A stretch of 64,000 nt of DNA from a virus. The stretch is taken from the IMG/VR virus record IMGVR_UViG_3300027974_000021; one strand, given 5' to 3'. Below the pieces are notes generated by a model. The model made no database searches and had not been told where the DNA came from. It saw only the letters and a program-made list of their open reading frames with translations. Made by a program: the position numbers and the translations under genes. The number at the start of each line of letters is the position of its first letter. Positions within the stretch are counted from its first letter, which is position 1. Below are positions 24,393-35,284 of this stretch, piece by piece.

Positions 24393-25655
24393 ATGAATAA
24401 AATATCATACGCAGGTGATGTAGAAACTAAACAGATTGATCTAGTTGGTAAATATTCAACAGTTAGTTTAATTGCACTTTTTAATCAAGTAGAAATTTAC
24501 GAAGACTTATTCTCTCCTTTTATTACAGGAACTATTACAATTTCAGAATCATTTGATTTAATTAATAATCTCCCATTAATTGGAGAAGAGTTTTTAATTT
24601 TAGATATAACAACTCCTGGATTTGAGAAAAGAATTAAAGGAAGATTTTATGTATTTAAATGTTCTGAAAAAGTAGCAATAAGAGATAAGTTATCAGGATA
24701 TACTTTACATTTCATTTCAATAGATGCTATAAACGATTTAAATATTCGTTTGAATAATGCTTGGTCTGGTTTTTGTTCAGATATAGCTTTTCGTTTAATC
24801 GCTAAAGATAAATCTGGTGTTCAAACAGAAAAACCAATTAATATAGAAGATACAATTAATGGTATAAAATTTGTTTGTAATAATTGGTCTCCTGTTAAAG
24901 CGATTAATTATGTAGCTGAGAAGAGTGTAAACAAAGATGGAATATCATCTTATTTATTTTTTGAAAATAGAGAAGGATTTAATTTCGTTTCACTTCATAC
25001 ACTATATCAAGGAAACCCTATTCAAGATTTTATATTTGATAATTACGAAAGAACAGAGACTAATGTAGGTGATACTATACGTGATGCTGAACAAGATTAC
25101 AGACGTATCATTACAATGTCTATGCCAAGTGGATTTGATTTTATAGATAGACTTTCTAAAGGTATGTTCACTTCTAATCTTACAAGTTATGACATGGTGA
25201 CAAAAAGATTTAAAAGACAATATTTTTCGTATCAAGAAGAATTTAATAAAATACCACACTTAAATAAATTTCCATTAAATAGCACAGAAGTTATTTCTGC
25301 TCCAGATAGTTTAGTATATAATAAAATAAAACACACAGCTATGCATAATGGGTTTGATGACATATCAAATAGTGATAAATTTCTTTTTAGATTATCAGCA
25401 CTCGCAAACACACAAGGGTTTAAATTAAGAGTTGAAACTCTCGGAAGAACAGATTATACAGTTGGTAAAGTTATTTCATTAAAAACATTTAGAATAGAAA
25501 CTGTTAATGATAAGTCAAATGATTTAGTAGATCCAACATACACTGGTAAATATTTAATATCAGCAGTTAAACACACTGTAGCTGGAAATAAACATACTTG
25601 TACTTTAGAATTAATTAAAGATAGTTTATCACAAGGTATTGGAGAATTAGCATAA
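24393..25655 (+). CDS. Baseplate hub / tail protein (gp27-like)
   Basis: IYEDLFSPFITG, YLFFENREGFNF, TGKYLISAVKH; lies between gp53 and gp5. Confidence 0.7.
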   Translation: MNKISYAGDVETKQIDLVGKYSTVSLIALFNQVEIYEDLFSPFITGTITISESFDLINNLPLIGEEFLILDITTPGFEKRIKGRFYVFKCSEKVAIRDKLSGYTLHFISIDAINDLNIRLNNAWSGFCSDIAFRLIAKDKSGVQTEKPINIEDTINGIKFVCNNWSPVKAINYVAEKSVNKDGISSYLFFENREGFNFVSLHTLYQGNPIQDFIFDNYERTETNVGDTIRDAEQDYRRIITMSMPSGFDFIDRLSKGMFTSNLTSYDMVTKRFKRQYFSYQEEFNKIPHLNKFPLNSTEVISAPDSLVYNKIKHTAMHNGFDDISNSDKFLFRLSALANTQGFKLRVETLGRTDYTVGKVISLKTFRIETVNDKSNDLVDPTYTGKYLISAVKHTVAGNKHTCTLELIKDSLSQGIGELA

Positions 25656-28612
25656 TGAAAATATTTATTGGTAAAGTTGAAAACAGAAATGATCCTTTAA
25701 AACTTGGTAGATGTCAAGTGAGAGTAATGGGTGTTCATGATGAAAACCCTGCAATACTTCCCACAATAGATTTACCATGGGCTATGCCTATATCACCAGT
25801 CAATTCAGCATCAAGTGCTGGTATTGGTGTATCACCAACAGGAATAGTTTTAGGAAGTATAGTTCTTGTCACATTCACTGATAAAGATGATCAAACTCCA
25901 GTCATACTTGGTACACTTGCAGGTGTTCCGCAAAATCAAAATAATTCTTTAGTTCTTAAACCATCTGATAGAAAAGGAAATATAAACACAGCAGTAAAGA
26001 TTGGTTCTGATGGTGTTTCAAAACTTGTATCAGGTCAAATAGATTCAAATGTAAACACAATTAATGCTGTTGCCACAAGAAGTGGTGGCGATGTAGAAAC
26101 AGCAGCACAAGTATCTGAAGATTCTAAAGCTTTATTGAGAGGAGATTTAGAGATAGAAAAAGCAAGACCTCTTTCTACTTTCACTGTATCAGATGATAGT
26201 GTAAAAGATATTATAAAAAATACTTCATTCACTGATGTTGCTGTTCCGATTACAGACTCATCTGGTAAAGTAATTAAAACTGTAATTGGATATGGACAAG
26301 ACACATATCAAGGAAAACCTGTCACAACTTCTTATCCAGGAAGTATAGACAAAGCAACTGCTGAAACAGAATTCAAAAACTATTTACAAACAGATGTGGC
26401 TGATAAACTTACAAGTGTTGTAAGAGCACCAGTCAATCAAGAAATGTTTGATTCATTATTAAGTGTAGCATCAGATATCGGTGTAGAAAATTTCTCTAAT
26501 TCGTCAATCCCTAAATTAATCAATTCATTAGACTATCAAGGAGCAGCAGGTGCTATTCAAGGAATAGGAAATGAAAAGAGTTTTGATAACGTATTAGGTG
26601 GTGTCACATCAGCATCTTTAGATTCTTCTATCACAACAGGAAAAGAATTATTCGCAAATTTAACAGACGGAACAGATTTAACTGGAACTATTACAGGTTC
26701 AGTTCAAAATATATCAGGAAACCTTTTAAATAGTTTGGGAGGTAATGCTGAATCTATAACTTCAAATTTAACTAACATAGCAGATGGTTCTTTATCAGGT
26801 ATATCGACTGTCTTATCTGATTCAGGTATTGGAAATATTTTAAATAGTTCAACTGGTATTTCAAATATATCAAACGTTTTGAATACAACAGACATTGGTG
26901 CTACAGTGACAAATGTATTAGGTGGTGTAAGTGGAAATATTTCTTCTGCTATATCAAATATAACTTCAGGTAATGTAGCAAATTTACTCGGAGGATTTGG
27001 TGGTTTTAGTTTAGGTGGAGCAGGTGGTTCATTATTCGGTGGTAAATCATCAACTAAAAAAGCAAGACGATCAGCAGCAGCAAGTAAATTTACTTCTGTT
27101 GGTTATCCAAATTTGGGTGGAACATTATTTGATGAAAATACTGCATATGTAAAACCAATTTCTGATAATGGTGAATTAGGTAATGCTGGTTTAGTTTCAA
27201 ATCCAGCATCAGGATCTTTTGGTGTTGCTTCAGGATACTTAGAATATGTAAATGAGCCAGATACATCTAGATTAGCACGCCATGAGAACATAGATAAAAC
27301 TTCAGTCTATGTAAAAGAATCAGCAAGAGCATTAGGTATTGAAAGATTTAATTATGATACTTGGGATCAATCTGAAATACCTTATAATGCAGAATATCCA
27401 TTTAATAAAGTTGTTGAAACTGAAAGAGGACATGTATTTGAATTAGATGACACACCAAATGCTGAAAGAATTAACATATTCCATAAACGTGGAAGTTGGA
27501 TGGAATGGGATCATAATGGTACATTAACTGATCGTGTAGTGGGAGATCGTTATCAATTAAGCGAAAGAAATACTTATGAATTAGTTGGTGGTACAAAAAA
27601 TTTAACAGTTTATGGTGAATTGAATGCAGTACTTAAAGCTGGAGCAAAAATAAGAATAGATGGTCCAGGAGAAGTTGTAATTAATAATGATTGTAAAGTC
27701 ACAGTTGCTGGTGATATGAATTTAAATGTTGGTGGTGAATTTAGATTAGTTGCTGGACAAATACGTATGGAGTCAAAAGGAATGGCTACATTAGGTGCAG
27801 CACAAGTTTTAGAATTAGATGGTAGTAAAGTAGAAATAGCTAATGGATTTACTCCATCAGGATTAGCACATACAACAAACGAAATTATTGATACACAAAT
27901 GCCAGTTATACCTGAATTACAAATCAATTCACGTTCAGCAAGAGAGTATTTTGTTTATGAAGTTCCTGATGAAGGAGACGCTCAAACTCATCGTGAACGC
28001 CAAATACAACGTGGTTTATATATTCGTAAGAATTTAGATTTAGGTAATGTTTCTGTTAAAACTGTACCAACAGTTAAATCAGAAATTGAAACAGCAGAGC
28101 AAAAATGTGAATACATTTATGGGTTATCTAGCTATGAACCAAGCTTACAATTATCTGCTCGTATTCAATTAGGAGCATTAAATCGAAATGGTGGTATTCC
28201 TATTATATCACAAATGGGAGTAGATCCAAAACAAATAGTTTGTAATTTAAAAGGAATGGCAACATATCTTATTGAACCAATGAAAGATTTATTCAAAAAC
28301 GTTTTAATTGTAAATGGATATAGAAACAATCAAATTCAAGCAGGATCTCCTGAAACATCTCAACATTATACAGGTGAAGCTGTTGATATTATATTCTCAA
28401 GCTGGAATCGTGCTCAACATTATCAAGCAGCAATAGACTTAGCTTTATCTTTACCTTATGGATTTGATCGTATAGTATTATCGTATGCAGGTAAAAAATC
28501 AGTTTGGTTGCATTGTTCATGGAAATATACAGGAAATAGATTCGAAACATTTACTATGAGAGACCATCTAAAAGTATCAGATGGTTTATCTTTAATACCA
28601 GAGGTTAAATAA
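25655..28612 (+). CDS. gp5: Baseplate hub/spike gp5: OB-fold, degenerate lysozyme, beta-helix, C-terminal M15 peptidase
   Basis: GKVENRNDPLKLGRCQVR, LPWA, YPFNKVVETERGHVFELDDTPNAERI; C-terminal GYRN..SQH..GEAVDI..WLHCS. Confidence 0.9.
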   Translation: MKIFIGKVENRNDPLKLGRCQVRVMGVHDENPAILPTIDLPWAMPISPVNSASSAGIGVSPTGIVLGSIVLVTFTDKDDQTPVILGTLAGVPQNQNNSLVLKPSDRKGNINTAVKIGSDGVSKLVSGQIDSNVNTINAVATRSGGDVETAAQVSEDSKALLRGDLEIEKARPLSTFTVSDDSVKDIIKNTSFTDVAVPITDSSGKVIKTVIGYGQDTYQGKPVTTSYPGSIDKATAETEFKNYLQTDVADKLTSVVRAPVNQEMFDSLLSVASDIGVENFSNSSIPKLINSLDYQGAAGAIQGIGNEKSFDNVLGGVTSASLDSSITTGKELFANLTDGTDLTGTITGSVQNISGNLLNSLGGNAESITSNLTNIADGSLSGISTVLSDSGIGNILNSSTGISNISNVLNTTDIGATVTNVLGGVSGNISSAISNITSGNVANLLGGFGGFSLGGAGGSLFGGKSSTKKARRSAAASKFTSVGYPNLGGTLFDENTAYVKPISDNGELGNAGLVSNPASGSFGVASGYLEYVNEPDTSRLARHENIDKTSVYVKESARALGIERFNYDTWDQSEIPYNAEYPFNKVVETERGHVFELDDTPNAERINIFHKRGSWMEWDHNGTLTDRVVGDRYQLSERNTYELVGGTKNLTVYGELNAVLKAGAKIRIDGPGEVVINNDCKVTVAGDMNLNVGGEFRLVAGQIRMESKGMATLGAAQVLELDGSKVEIANGFTPSGLAHTTNEIIDTQMPVIPELQINSRSAREYFVYEVPDEGDAQTHRERQIQRGLYIRKNLDLGNVSVKTVPTVKSEIETAEQKCEYIYGLSSYEPSLQLSARIQLGALNRNGGIPIISQMGVDPKQIVCNLKGMATYLIEPMKDLFKNVLIVNGYRNNQIQAGSPETSQHYTGEAVDIIFSSWNRAQHYQAAIDLALSLPYGFDRIVLSYAGKKSVWLHCSWKYTGNRFETFTMRDHLKVSDGLSLIPEVK

Positions 28613-28614
28613 AT

Positions 28615-28917
28615 ATGCCATTAGCTGCAACAATTTTAACTCTTTCTTCTGGTCATGGTTGTTTTCCAGCAAGATTACCTGCGGGACCATTTGCTTTAAA
28701 AACAACTATACAAGGATTAGCTATTCCTTTAACACTTAATACAATTTATATATCACATACATGTGGTTTAATAACACATGCTGGGTCAAGTAGAATAGTG
28801 GTATTAGGATCAAAAAAAGTCTTTATAGAAGGAAAAATGGCAGTTAGATTAGGAGACCCAATAGCCTGTGGTGATTCTGTCGGACCACTTTGTTCACCAA
28901 AAGTTAATATAGGATAA
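28615..28917 (+). CDS. PAAR spike-tip protein (gp5.4-like)
   Basis: GHGCFP, GSKKVFIEGKMAVRLGDPIACG, directly after gp5. Confidence 0.85.
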   Translation: MPLAATILTLSSGHGCFPARLPAGPFALKTTIQGLAIPLTLNTIYISHTCGLITHAGSSRIVVLGSKKVFIEGKMAVRLGDPIACGDSVGPLCSPKVNIG

Positions 28918-28924
28918 CTAAATA
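28917..28924 (+). promoter_or_regulatory. Candidate late promoter ACTAAATA
   Basis: Immediately upstream of gp25. Confidence 0.45.
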
Positions 28925-28928
28925 CAAT

Positions 28929-29321
28929 ATGCCTACAAATACAAGAACATTTACAGATTTAGATCTTAATTTTACAGCACATCCAGTTAATAAAGATGTA
29001 GCTATAAAATATGATGAACAAGCGATTAAACAAAGTGTTCGAAATTTAATACTTACTAAAAATTTTGAAAGACCATTCCATAGCGAAATTGGTAGTCAAG
29101 TTCGTGGTTTATTATTTGAACCAGTCACTGAAATGTCTGTTTCAATTATTAAAAGAAGTATAGTAGATGTAATAAGAAATTACGAACCAAGAGTACAACT
29201 AGTTGATGTTTTTGTTAATGTTCGACCTGATGAGAATTACGTAGATATTCGTATTATATTTAAAATCATTAATACAGCTACACCAATAGAATTAACTTTA
29301 ACACTTGAAAGAACACGATAA
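28929..29321 (+). CDS. gp25: Baseplate wedge gp25
   Basis: AIKQSVRNLILT..ERPF, LLFE, YEPRV, LERTR. Confidence 0.93.
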   Translation: MPTNTRTFTDLDLNFTAHPVNKDVAIKYDEQAIKQSVRNLILTKNFERPFHSEIGSQVRGLLFEPVTEMSVSIIKRSIVDVIRNYEPRVQLVDVFVNVRPDENYVDIRIIFKIINTATPIELTLTLERTR

Positions 29322-31168
29322 TGGCAGAAACAAGTAGAAACATTAAAGTCACTGAATTAGATTTCGATGAAATAAAAAAGAATATAAAGACATATTTAAA
29401 ATCACAAAATGCATTTAGCGATTACAATTTTGAAGGATCTGGTCTTTCGATTTTATTAGATGTACTTGCTTACAACACACATTATAATGCTTTGTATTAT
29501 AATTTAAGTGTTAATGAAATGTTTTTAGATAGTGCTGTTAAACGTTCATCAGTTGTAAGTCTTGCTAAATCGTTAGGATATACTCCATCATCAAGTATTG
29601 CTTCAAGAGCACTTATTGATGTGATAGTATCTAACGTGTCAGGAAATCCAACCACACTTACTATACCAGCAGGAACTTCATTTAGTTCAAATTTTAGTGG
29701 AAGTAATTTTAATTTCTCAACTGATAGTGCATTCACTGTTTCTCGTTCAGTCACAAATACATATTCATTTTTAAATATTCCTATAATTGAAGGAAGACTA
29801 TTACAAAAAACATATTCAATGGTGACGAATGGAACTTATACAATTCCAAACCTTAAATTAGATTCTTCAACAATTAAAGTGAATGTTCAAGAGGTAGCAG
29901 GCTCAGCAGCAAACACAGTATATACTCTTGCTGATAATTTCGCTACATTAACTCCAACATCACGTGTTTATTTCTTAAAAGAAAATGATGATGGTAATTA
30001 TGTTATTTCTTTTGGTGATGGTTTATTAGGATTTGCTCCAGCAAATGGTGCAAATATTCTTATAGATTATTTTGTTTGCAGTGAATCAGAACCAAATGGT
30101 ACATCTACTTTCACATACACAGGAAACGCATTCACAAATACAGCTAACTTATCAATAGTGACTAAATCGATTGCAGCAGGTGGTTCTATACCTGAATCAA
30201 TAGACAGTATAAAATATAATGCTCCTAAATCTTTTACATCTCAAAATCGTGCTGTGACTGCAGAAGATTATAAAACAATTATTCCTAAATTTTATAATAA
30301 CGTAGATGCTATTTCTGTTTGGGGTGGTGAAGAAAATGATCCACCAATTTATGGAAAAGCATACATTTGTATTAAACCAAAAACAGGAGATACTCTTACA
30401 TTAAGTACAAAACAAATTATAATTAAAGATATTATAAAAGGAAAGAGTTTGGTGAGTATTATTCCTGAAATAGTAGATCCTGACATATTATACATATCAG
30501 TAAATACAAATGTATATTACAATCCTAAATTAACAACTCGTAGTGCTGACACTATAAAGAGCATTGTGTTTGATATAATTAAAAATTATAACACAGGTAA
30601 TTTAAATAAATTTGATGCTGTATTTCGCGAATCAGCATTGTCAACTTTAATTGATACTAGCGAAAGCAGTATTGTTTCAAACATTACTAAAATACAATTA
30701 AAGTATCTTTTAACACCACAATTTAATACGAATACAAAATATACATTCTCATTAAATAATCCAATTTATACACCAACTTCAACACAAAATGCTTCTATTT
30801 CTTTATCAACATCAGGATTTAAAATAGCAGGAAGCACATATACATATTATATCGAAGACAATGCAATCGGTAATTTAAGATTATTTTATCTTACTGCTGC
30901 AAACGTTAAAATTTACACAACATCATATATTGGTACAGTAGATTATGCAACTGGTAAAATATCAATTGATAGCATCAATATAACACAAGGTGACACTAAT
31001 GGTAAAATAACTTTTAGAATAGAGCCTGCTTCTTATGACGTAATATCTGTTAGAAATCAATTAGCATTTATAAGAGAACAAGATATAGAAGTAAATATTA
31101 TATCTGATAAAATTGCTTCTGGTGAAAGTGTATCAGGAAAAGATTTTATATTCACAAACAGTAGATAA
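29321..31168 (+). CDS. gp6: Baseplate wedge gp6
   Basis: ELDFDEIK, DYNFEGSGLSILLDVLAYNTHY, QNRAVTAEDY, WGGEENDPP. Confidence 0.93.
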   Translation: MAETSRNIKVTELDFDEIKKNIKTYLKSQNAFSDYNFEGSGLSILLDVLAYNTHYNALYYNLSVNEMFLDSAVKRSSVVSLAKSLGYTPSSSIASRALIDVIVSNVSGNPTTLTIPAGTSFSSNFSGSNFNFSTDSAFTVSRSVTNTYSFLNIPIIEGRLLQKTYSMVTNGTYTIPNLKLDSSTIKVNVQEVAGSAANTVYTLADNFATLTPTSRVYFLKENDDGNYVISFGDGLLGFAPANGANILIDYFVCSESEPNGTSTFTYTGNAFTNTANLSIVTKSIAAGGSIPESIDSIKYNAPKSFTSQNRAVTAEDYKTIIPKFYNNVDAISVWGGEENDPPIYGKAYICIKPKTGDTLTLSTKQIIIKDIIKGKSLVSIIPEIVDPDILYISVNTNVYYNPKLTTRSADTIKSIVFDIIKNYNTGNLNKFDAVFRESALSTLIDTSESSIVSNITKIQLKYLLTPQFNTNTKYTFSLNNPIYTPTSTQNASISLSTSGFKIAGSTYTYYIEDNAIGNLRLFYLTAANVKIYTTSYIGTVDYATGKISIDSINITQGDTNGKITFRIEPASYDVISVRNQLAFIREQDIEVNIISDKIASGESVSGKDFIFTNSR

Positions 31169-31173
31169 AAACT

Positions 31174-33810
31174 ATGCCAGCTTCAGTAAAAGCAACAGCA
31201 TCAATAGTAGTTAATAAACAAGTCCCTGAAATTGTAAGGGATGATAATCAAAAGTTTATTGACTTTCTAAAAGCATACTACGAATGGCTTGAAAATTTTT
31301 ACCCACAACAACATTTAGAAGATATAAGAGATATTGACAACACAGTCAATATGTTTGTTGAATATTTTTCAAGAGAAGTGATGCAGAGTATTCCAAGAGA
31401 AGTTATATCAGATAAAAGATTCTTAGCGAAACACATTAAAGATTTATACTCTTCAAAAGGAACAGAAGCTTCATATAAGTTTCTTTTTCGCATATTATTT
31501 AATGAAGATGCTGAAGTGTATTTTCCTAAAGTTGACATGCTTCGTGTATCAGATGGTAAATGGAGTGAAAGACAATTAATTCGTGTTATTTCTACTACAG
31601 GTGATGCTCGTAATTTATTAGGACAATTAATTACTCAAACAAGAATATTTCCAAATGGCGATATAGAAAAAGCAACAGCTCGAGTAGAAAACGTAATTCT
31701 TTTTCGTTATCTAACACAAGACATAGCTGAATTAACATTAAGCAAAGATAGTATTACAGGAGATTTTAAACAAACAAATGATATTCAAACATATACTATT
31801 ACTGGAACATCTTTTATTGATAACACTCCAATAGTTTGTACTGTATTACCAATCATTCAACAATTTTCAATTATTAATAGTCAAGGTGGAACTTATAGTA
31901 ATGTTGGAGACATAGTTTATTTTTCTTCACCAACAGGAGTTCTTGCTCGTTCAGAAGTGGGAGCAGTTTCTCCTGGATCTGTTTCTGAATTAATTGTAGC
32001 AGCAGGTGGTACTGGTTATCAAATAGGTGATGTAATTAGTTTTAATAATACAGGAACTGGTGGACCAGAATTATCACCATCATTAACTGCAACTGGATTT
32101 GTTTCAGAAGTAGATAGAGATTCTTTTTTATTAGAAGATAATTCAGGAAAATTACTTTCAGAAGAATTAGGAGATATCGATATTGAGTCTTCAAATTCAG
32201 GCGCAATTAAGAAAGCAACTTTACTTTCAGGTGGTGCTTTTTATAATAAACTTCCTATTTGTTCTTTACCAACTGGATCTGGAAGAGCAAATGGTAAAAT
32301 ATTAGCAGCATCAAACAGTATTGGTAGAATCACAAATATTGTGACTTCTGAGAGTGGATTTGATTATATAAATCCTCCTTATTTTTTTGTACCTCTTTCA
32401 GTAGTTATTAAAAATCCATCAGGAAGTTTTCTAACAGGTGAAACTATTACAAGCTTATCACAATCAATTCGTTTAGAAAGAAATACTGACGATAATTTAA
32501 TCTTAGAAAATGGTGATAAATTTTTAGATGAGAAACAACAAGTTGCTCAAGCTATATTGGAAAAAATAGATAATGATACACATTTAATTAAATTAAAAGA
32601 AGGAACATCTTTTAGTGGATTTTTAAAAGAAGATGAGAGTGGTTATGTATTAGATGAAAATGCTGATATATTTGTAAAAGAAGAATCAGGACAATTTCAG
32701 CATAATATGAGAATTAAAGGTTTAACTTCTAATACAACTGCAATTATTTGTTCTATATCTAATCCAAATATTCGAGTAAAAGTAAATGCAGTCACTTCTC
32801 AAGTTGGTGGATTTAGTTCTTCAGACGGACAAATATCTGAAAGTTCTAAACGTATTCAAGACTCTTTTTATTATCAAGATTTTTCATATGTTGTAAAGGT
32901 AGGACAGAGTATTAATCTATATCGTGATGCTGTAAAAAAACTATTACACCCTATTGGTCTAGCATTATTTGGAGAAGTTAAAATTAAAAACAGTATATCC
33001 ACTCCAATTACTCTTCAAACTAGAGTATTAAACTATCAAATTCGTCAATTAATAGACTTAAAAATGAAAGCTGTAGGAAACTATCGTACAGCAGGAGAAA
33101 TGTATTCTACTTTAAGTAAGAATCAGATAGTTTTAAGTATAACAGACTTTGTAGTTTCGGCACTAAATATAAGTGTATTAACTTCAGAATTCTTACCAAC
33201 ATTAAACTTTCCAAACCTTACACCACAAGAAGTGTATTTGTTGGATTTAAGAGCAGAAGTTATAGGGTTCGAACAAGCGAAACAGCTTGAAATTAATCTT
33301 GCTAAATTATTAACAAAAGCGAACGCATTAAATAGAAATCCAGTCACTTTACTTAATAAATCAACTCCTGCTTTCGATGGAAGTGCAAGAAGATATGGTA
33401 TAAATTTAGTTGATCTTGAAAGATATAAATTTACTCATAAACCAAGTGTTTCAGGTACTAAATTCGCAAACAGTGATGGAACTCCTGCATATACAACAGG
33501 TACATATGGATTAGTGAATACTTACCCAAATCCAAACTTTAATTATTGGAATTATGGTAATACTCAAATTAAAGATTTTACTAACTTAACTGTAGGAGAA
33601 ATACTAAATAACCCTTATAGGAAAGTCAATTTTGCAATTGAATCAGAGATTGGTATTATCAGGCTTCCAGCATCAGCTTTAAGATTCTCGACAGACGATG
33701 CTCGATTCACGTTTGATGATACATTTACTATGGATGCAGACAGTGTAGAAATGGATGCATCTATTTACAAGTGGGATAATAACAATTTATTATTCGACTT
33801 ATACACATAA
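31174..33810 (+). CDS. gp7: Baseplate wedge initiator gp7-like
   Basis: FLKAYYEWL, SKGTEASYKFLFRILF, IQDSFYYQDFSYV, LLHPIG; lies between gp6 and gp8. Confidence 0.75.
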   Translation: MPASVKATASIVVNKQVPEIVRDDNQKFIDFLKAYYEWLENFYPQQHLEDIRDIDNTVNMFVEYFSREVMQSIPREVISDKRFLAKHIKDLYSSKGTEASYKFLFRILFNEDAEVYFPKVDMLRVSDGKWSERQLIRVISTTGDARNLLGQLITQTRIFPNGDIEKATARVENVILFRYLTQDIAELTLSKDSITGDFKQTNDIQTYTITGTSFIDNTPIVCTVLPIIQQFSIINSQGGTYSNVGDIVYFSSPTGVLARSEVGAVSPGSVSELIVAAGGTGYQIGDVISFNNTGTGGPELSPSLTATGFVSEVDRDSFLLEDNSGKLLSEELGDIDIESSNSGAIKKATLLSGGAFYNKLPICSLPTGSGRANGKILAASNSIGRITNIVTSESGFDYINPPYFFVPLSVVIKNPSGSFLTGETITSLSQSIRLERNTDDNLILENGDKFLDEKQQVAQAILEKIDNDTHLIKLKEGTSFSGFLKEDESGYVLDENADIFVKEESGQFQHNMRIKGLTSNTTAIICSISNPNIRVKVNAVTSQVGGFSSSDGQISESSKRIQDSFYYQDFSYVVKVGQSINLYRDAVKKLLHPIGLALFGEVKIKNSISTPITLQTRVLNYQIRQLIDLKMKAVGNYRTAGEMYSTLSKNQIVLSITDFVVSALNISVLTSEFLPTLNFPNLTPQEVYLLDLRAEVIGFEQAKQLEINLAKLLTKANALNRNPVTLLNKSTPAFDGSARRYGINLVDLERYKFTHKPSVSGTKFANSDGTPAYTTGTYGLVNTYPNPNFNYWNYGNTQIKDFTNLTVGEILNNPYRKVNFAIESEIGIIRLPASALRFSTDDARFTFDDTFTMDADSVEMDASIYKWDNNNLLFDLYT

Positions 33811-33829
33811 ACATTAAGGAAAAATAACC

Positions 33830-35245
33830 ATGGCAGCAATTATTTCAAATAAATTCCGCATTCATAATGCGCAATCATTTTTAGAGGGATTCGATGAAGC
33901 ATCCCCAACATCAATATATCTTGGCATAGGTCGTCCACAAAGTTGGACTGATGATAACTTACCAGATACACCAAAAGATACAGTCGGCGACGAATTATAT
34001 TACTGGGATGACATGATCGCTTTAAAGCGAGTACAAGCATCTGATGTAATATTAGCAATCCCAAGAAGAGATTGGACATCAGGAAAGTATTATGACATTT
34101 ATCGTCATGATTACAATGGTACGACTGCTGGAGTAAATATAAACTCTGGTGGTGCTACAGCCCCTGCAACTTTATTTGATGCAAACTTTTTCGTAATAAC
34201 AGATGAATATAACGTTTATAAAGTTATTGATAACAGAAATTCAAATGGTGTTGTTGTTGCTTCTGTAAATAAGCCAACAGGAACAGGAACTGCTATATTT
34301 TCTACAGCTGATGGTTATGCTTGGAAATATATGTTTACAGTTTCTCCTGCTAACGTTTTAAAATTCGTTTCTACCGATTTTATTCCAGTTAAACGTCTTG
34401 TGACGAATCCTGGAGTGACTGATGCATATTACAATCAATATCTAGTTGAACAAGCTGCTGTTGACGGACGTATTGATAATATAATTGTCACAAATGCAGG
34501 ATCTGGTTATTCAGGTACTCCAACTGTAGCAATCACAGGTGATGGTACTGGTGCTACAGCAACTGCTGTGCGTGATGCTGGTACAAATACAATTATAAGA
34601 GTAGACATCACTTCAGGTGGTTCAGGATACACTTATGCCAATGTAGCATTTACAGGTGGTAGTGGTGCGAATGCTGCTGCAACTTCAATCATTTCACCAA
34701 AAGGTGGACATGGTTCTGATGCTATAAAAGAATTAGGTGGATTCTATGTGATGATGAACGTAAGATTAGAATACAATGATGGTTCAGGCGATTTCCCAGT
34801 TGATAATGATTATCGTCGTATTACATTAATACGTGATCCTTACAATTTCGGTTCAACAACAGCTGCAACTCTTTCAACAAGAACAGCATCTAAATCAATT
34901 GCTTATTCCTCATTAGCTGGTACATTACTAAATGATAGAATAATCATAGGTGGTACTTCAGGTGCAAAAGGAAGAATTACTAGCATTGATACAGCGACTA
35001 CAACTATTAGATATATACAAACAAGAACAGATAATCCAAATGGTATAGCATTTCAAGCTGCTGAAACTGTGACGATGTATGCTACTGATGGAACTACACC
35101 AACTGCTGTGACATTTACTTCTGGCTCTTTAACAAGTCCAGAAATACAGCCAGACAGTGGTGATGTAATCTATGTTGAAAATCGTAGACCAATCAATCGT
35201 GCTATCGATCAAATCGAAGATATTAAAATTATCGTAGAAATGTAG
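33830..35245 (+). CDS. gp8: Baseplate wedge gp8
   Basis: FRIHNA, DGYAWKYMF, PKGGHG, YVENRRPINRAIDQIEDIKIIVEM. Confidence 0.9.
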   Translation: MAAIISNKFRIHNAQSFLEGFDEASPTSIYLGIGRPQSWTDDNLPDTPKDTVGDELYYWDDMIALKRVQASDVILAIPRRDWTSGKYYDIYRHDYNGTTAGVNINSGGATAPATLFDANFFVITDEYNVYKVIDNRNSNGVVVASVNKPTGTGTAIFSTADGYAWKYMFTVSPANVLKFVSTDFIPVKRLVTNPGVTDAYYNQYLVEQAAVDGRIDNIIVTNAGSGYSGTPTVAITGDGTGATATAVRDAGTNTIIRVDITSGGSGYTYANVAFTGGSGANAAATSIISPKGGHGSDAIKELGGFYVMMNVRLEYNDGSGDFPVDNDYRRITLIRDPYNFGSTTAATLSTRTASKSIAYSSLAGTLLNDRIIIGGTSGAKGRITSIDTATTTIRYIQTRTDNPNGIAFQAAETVTMYATDGTTPTAVTFTSGSLTSPEIQPDSGDVIYVENRRPINRAIDQIEDIKIIVEM

Positions 35246-35284
35246 AATTTAGTTTCTACTTTCTTAACAACTATATAAAGAAGC

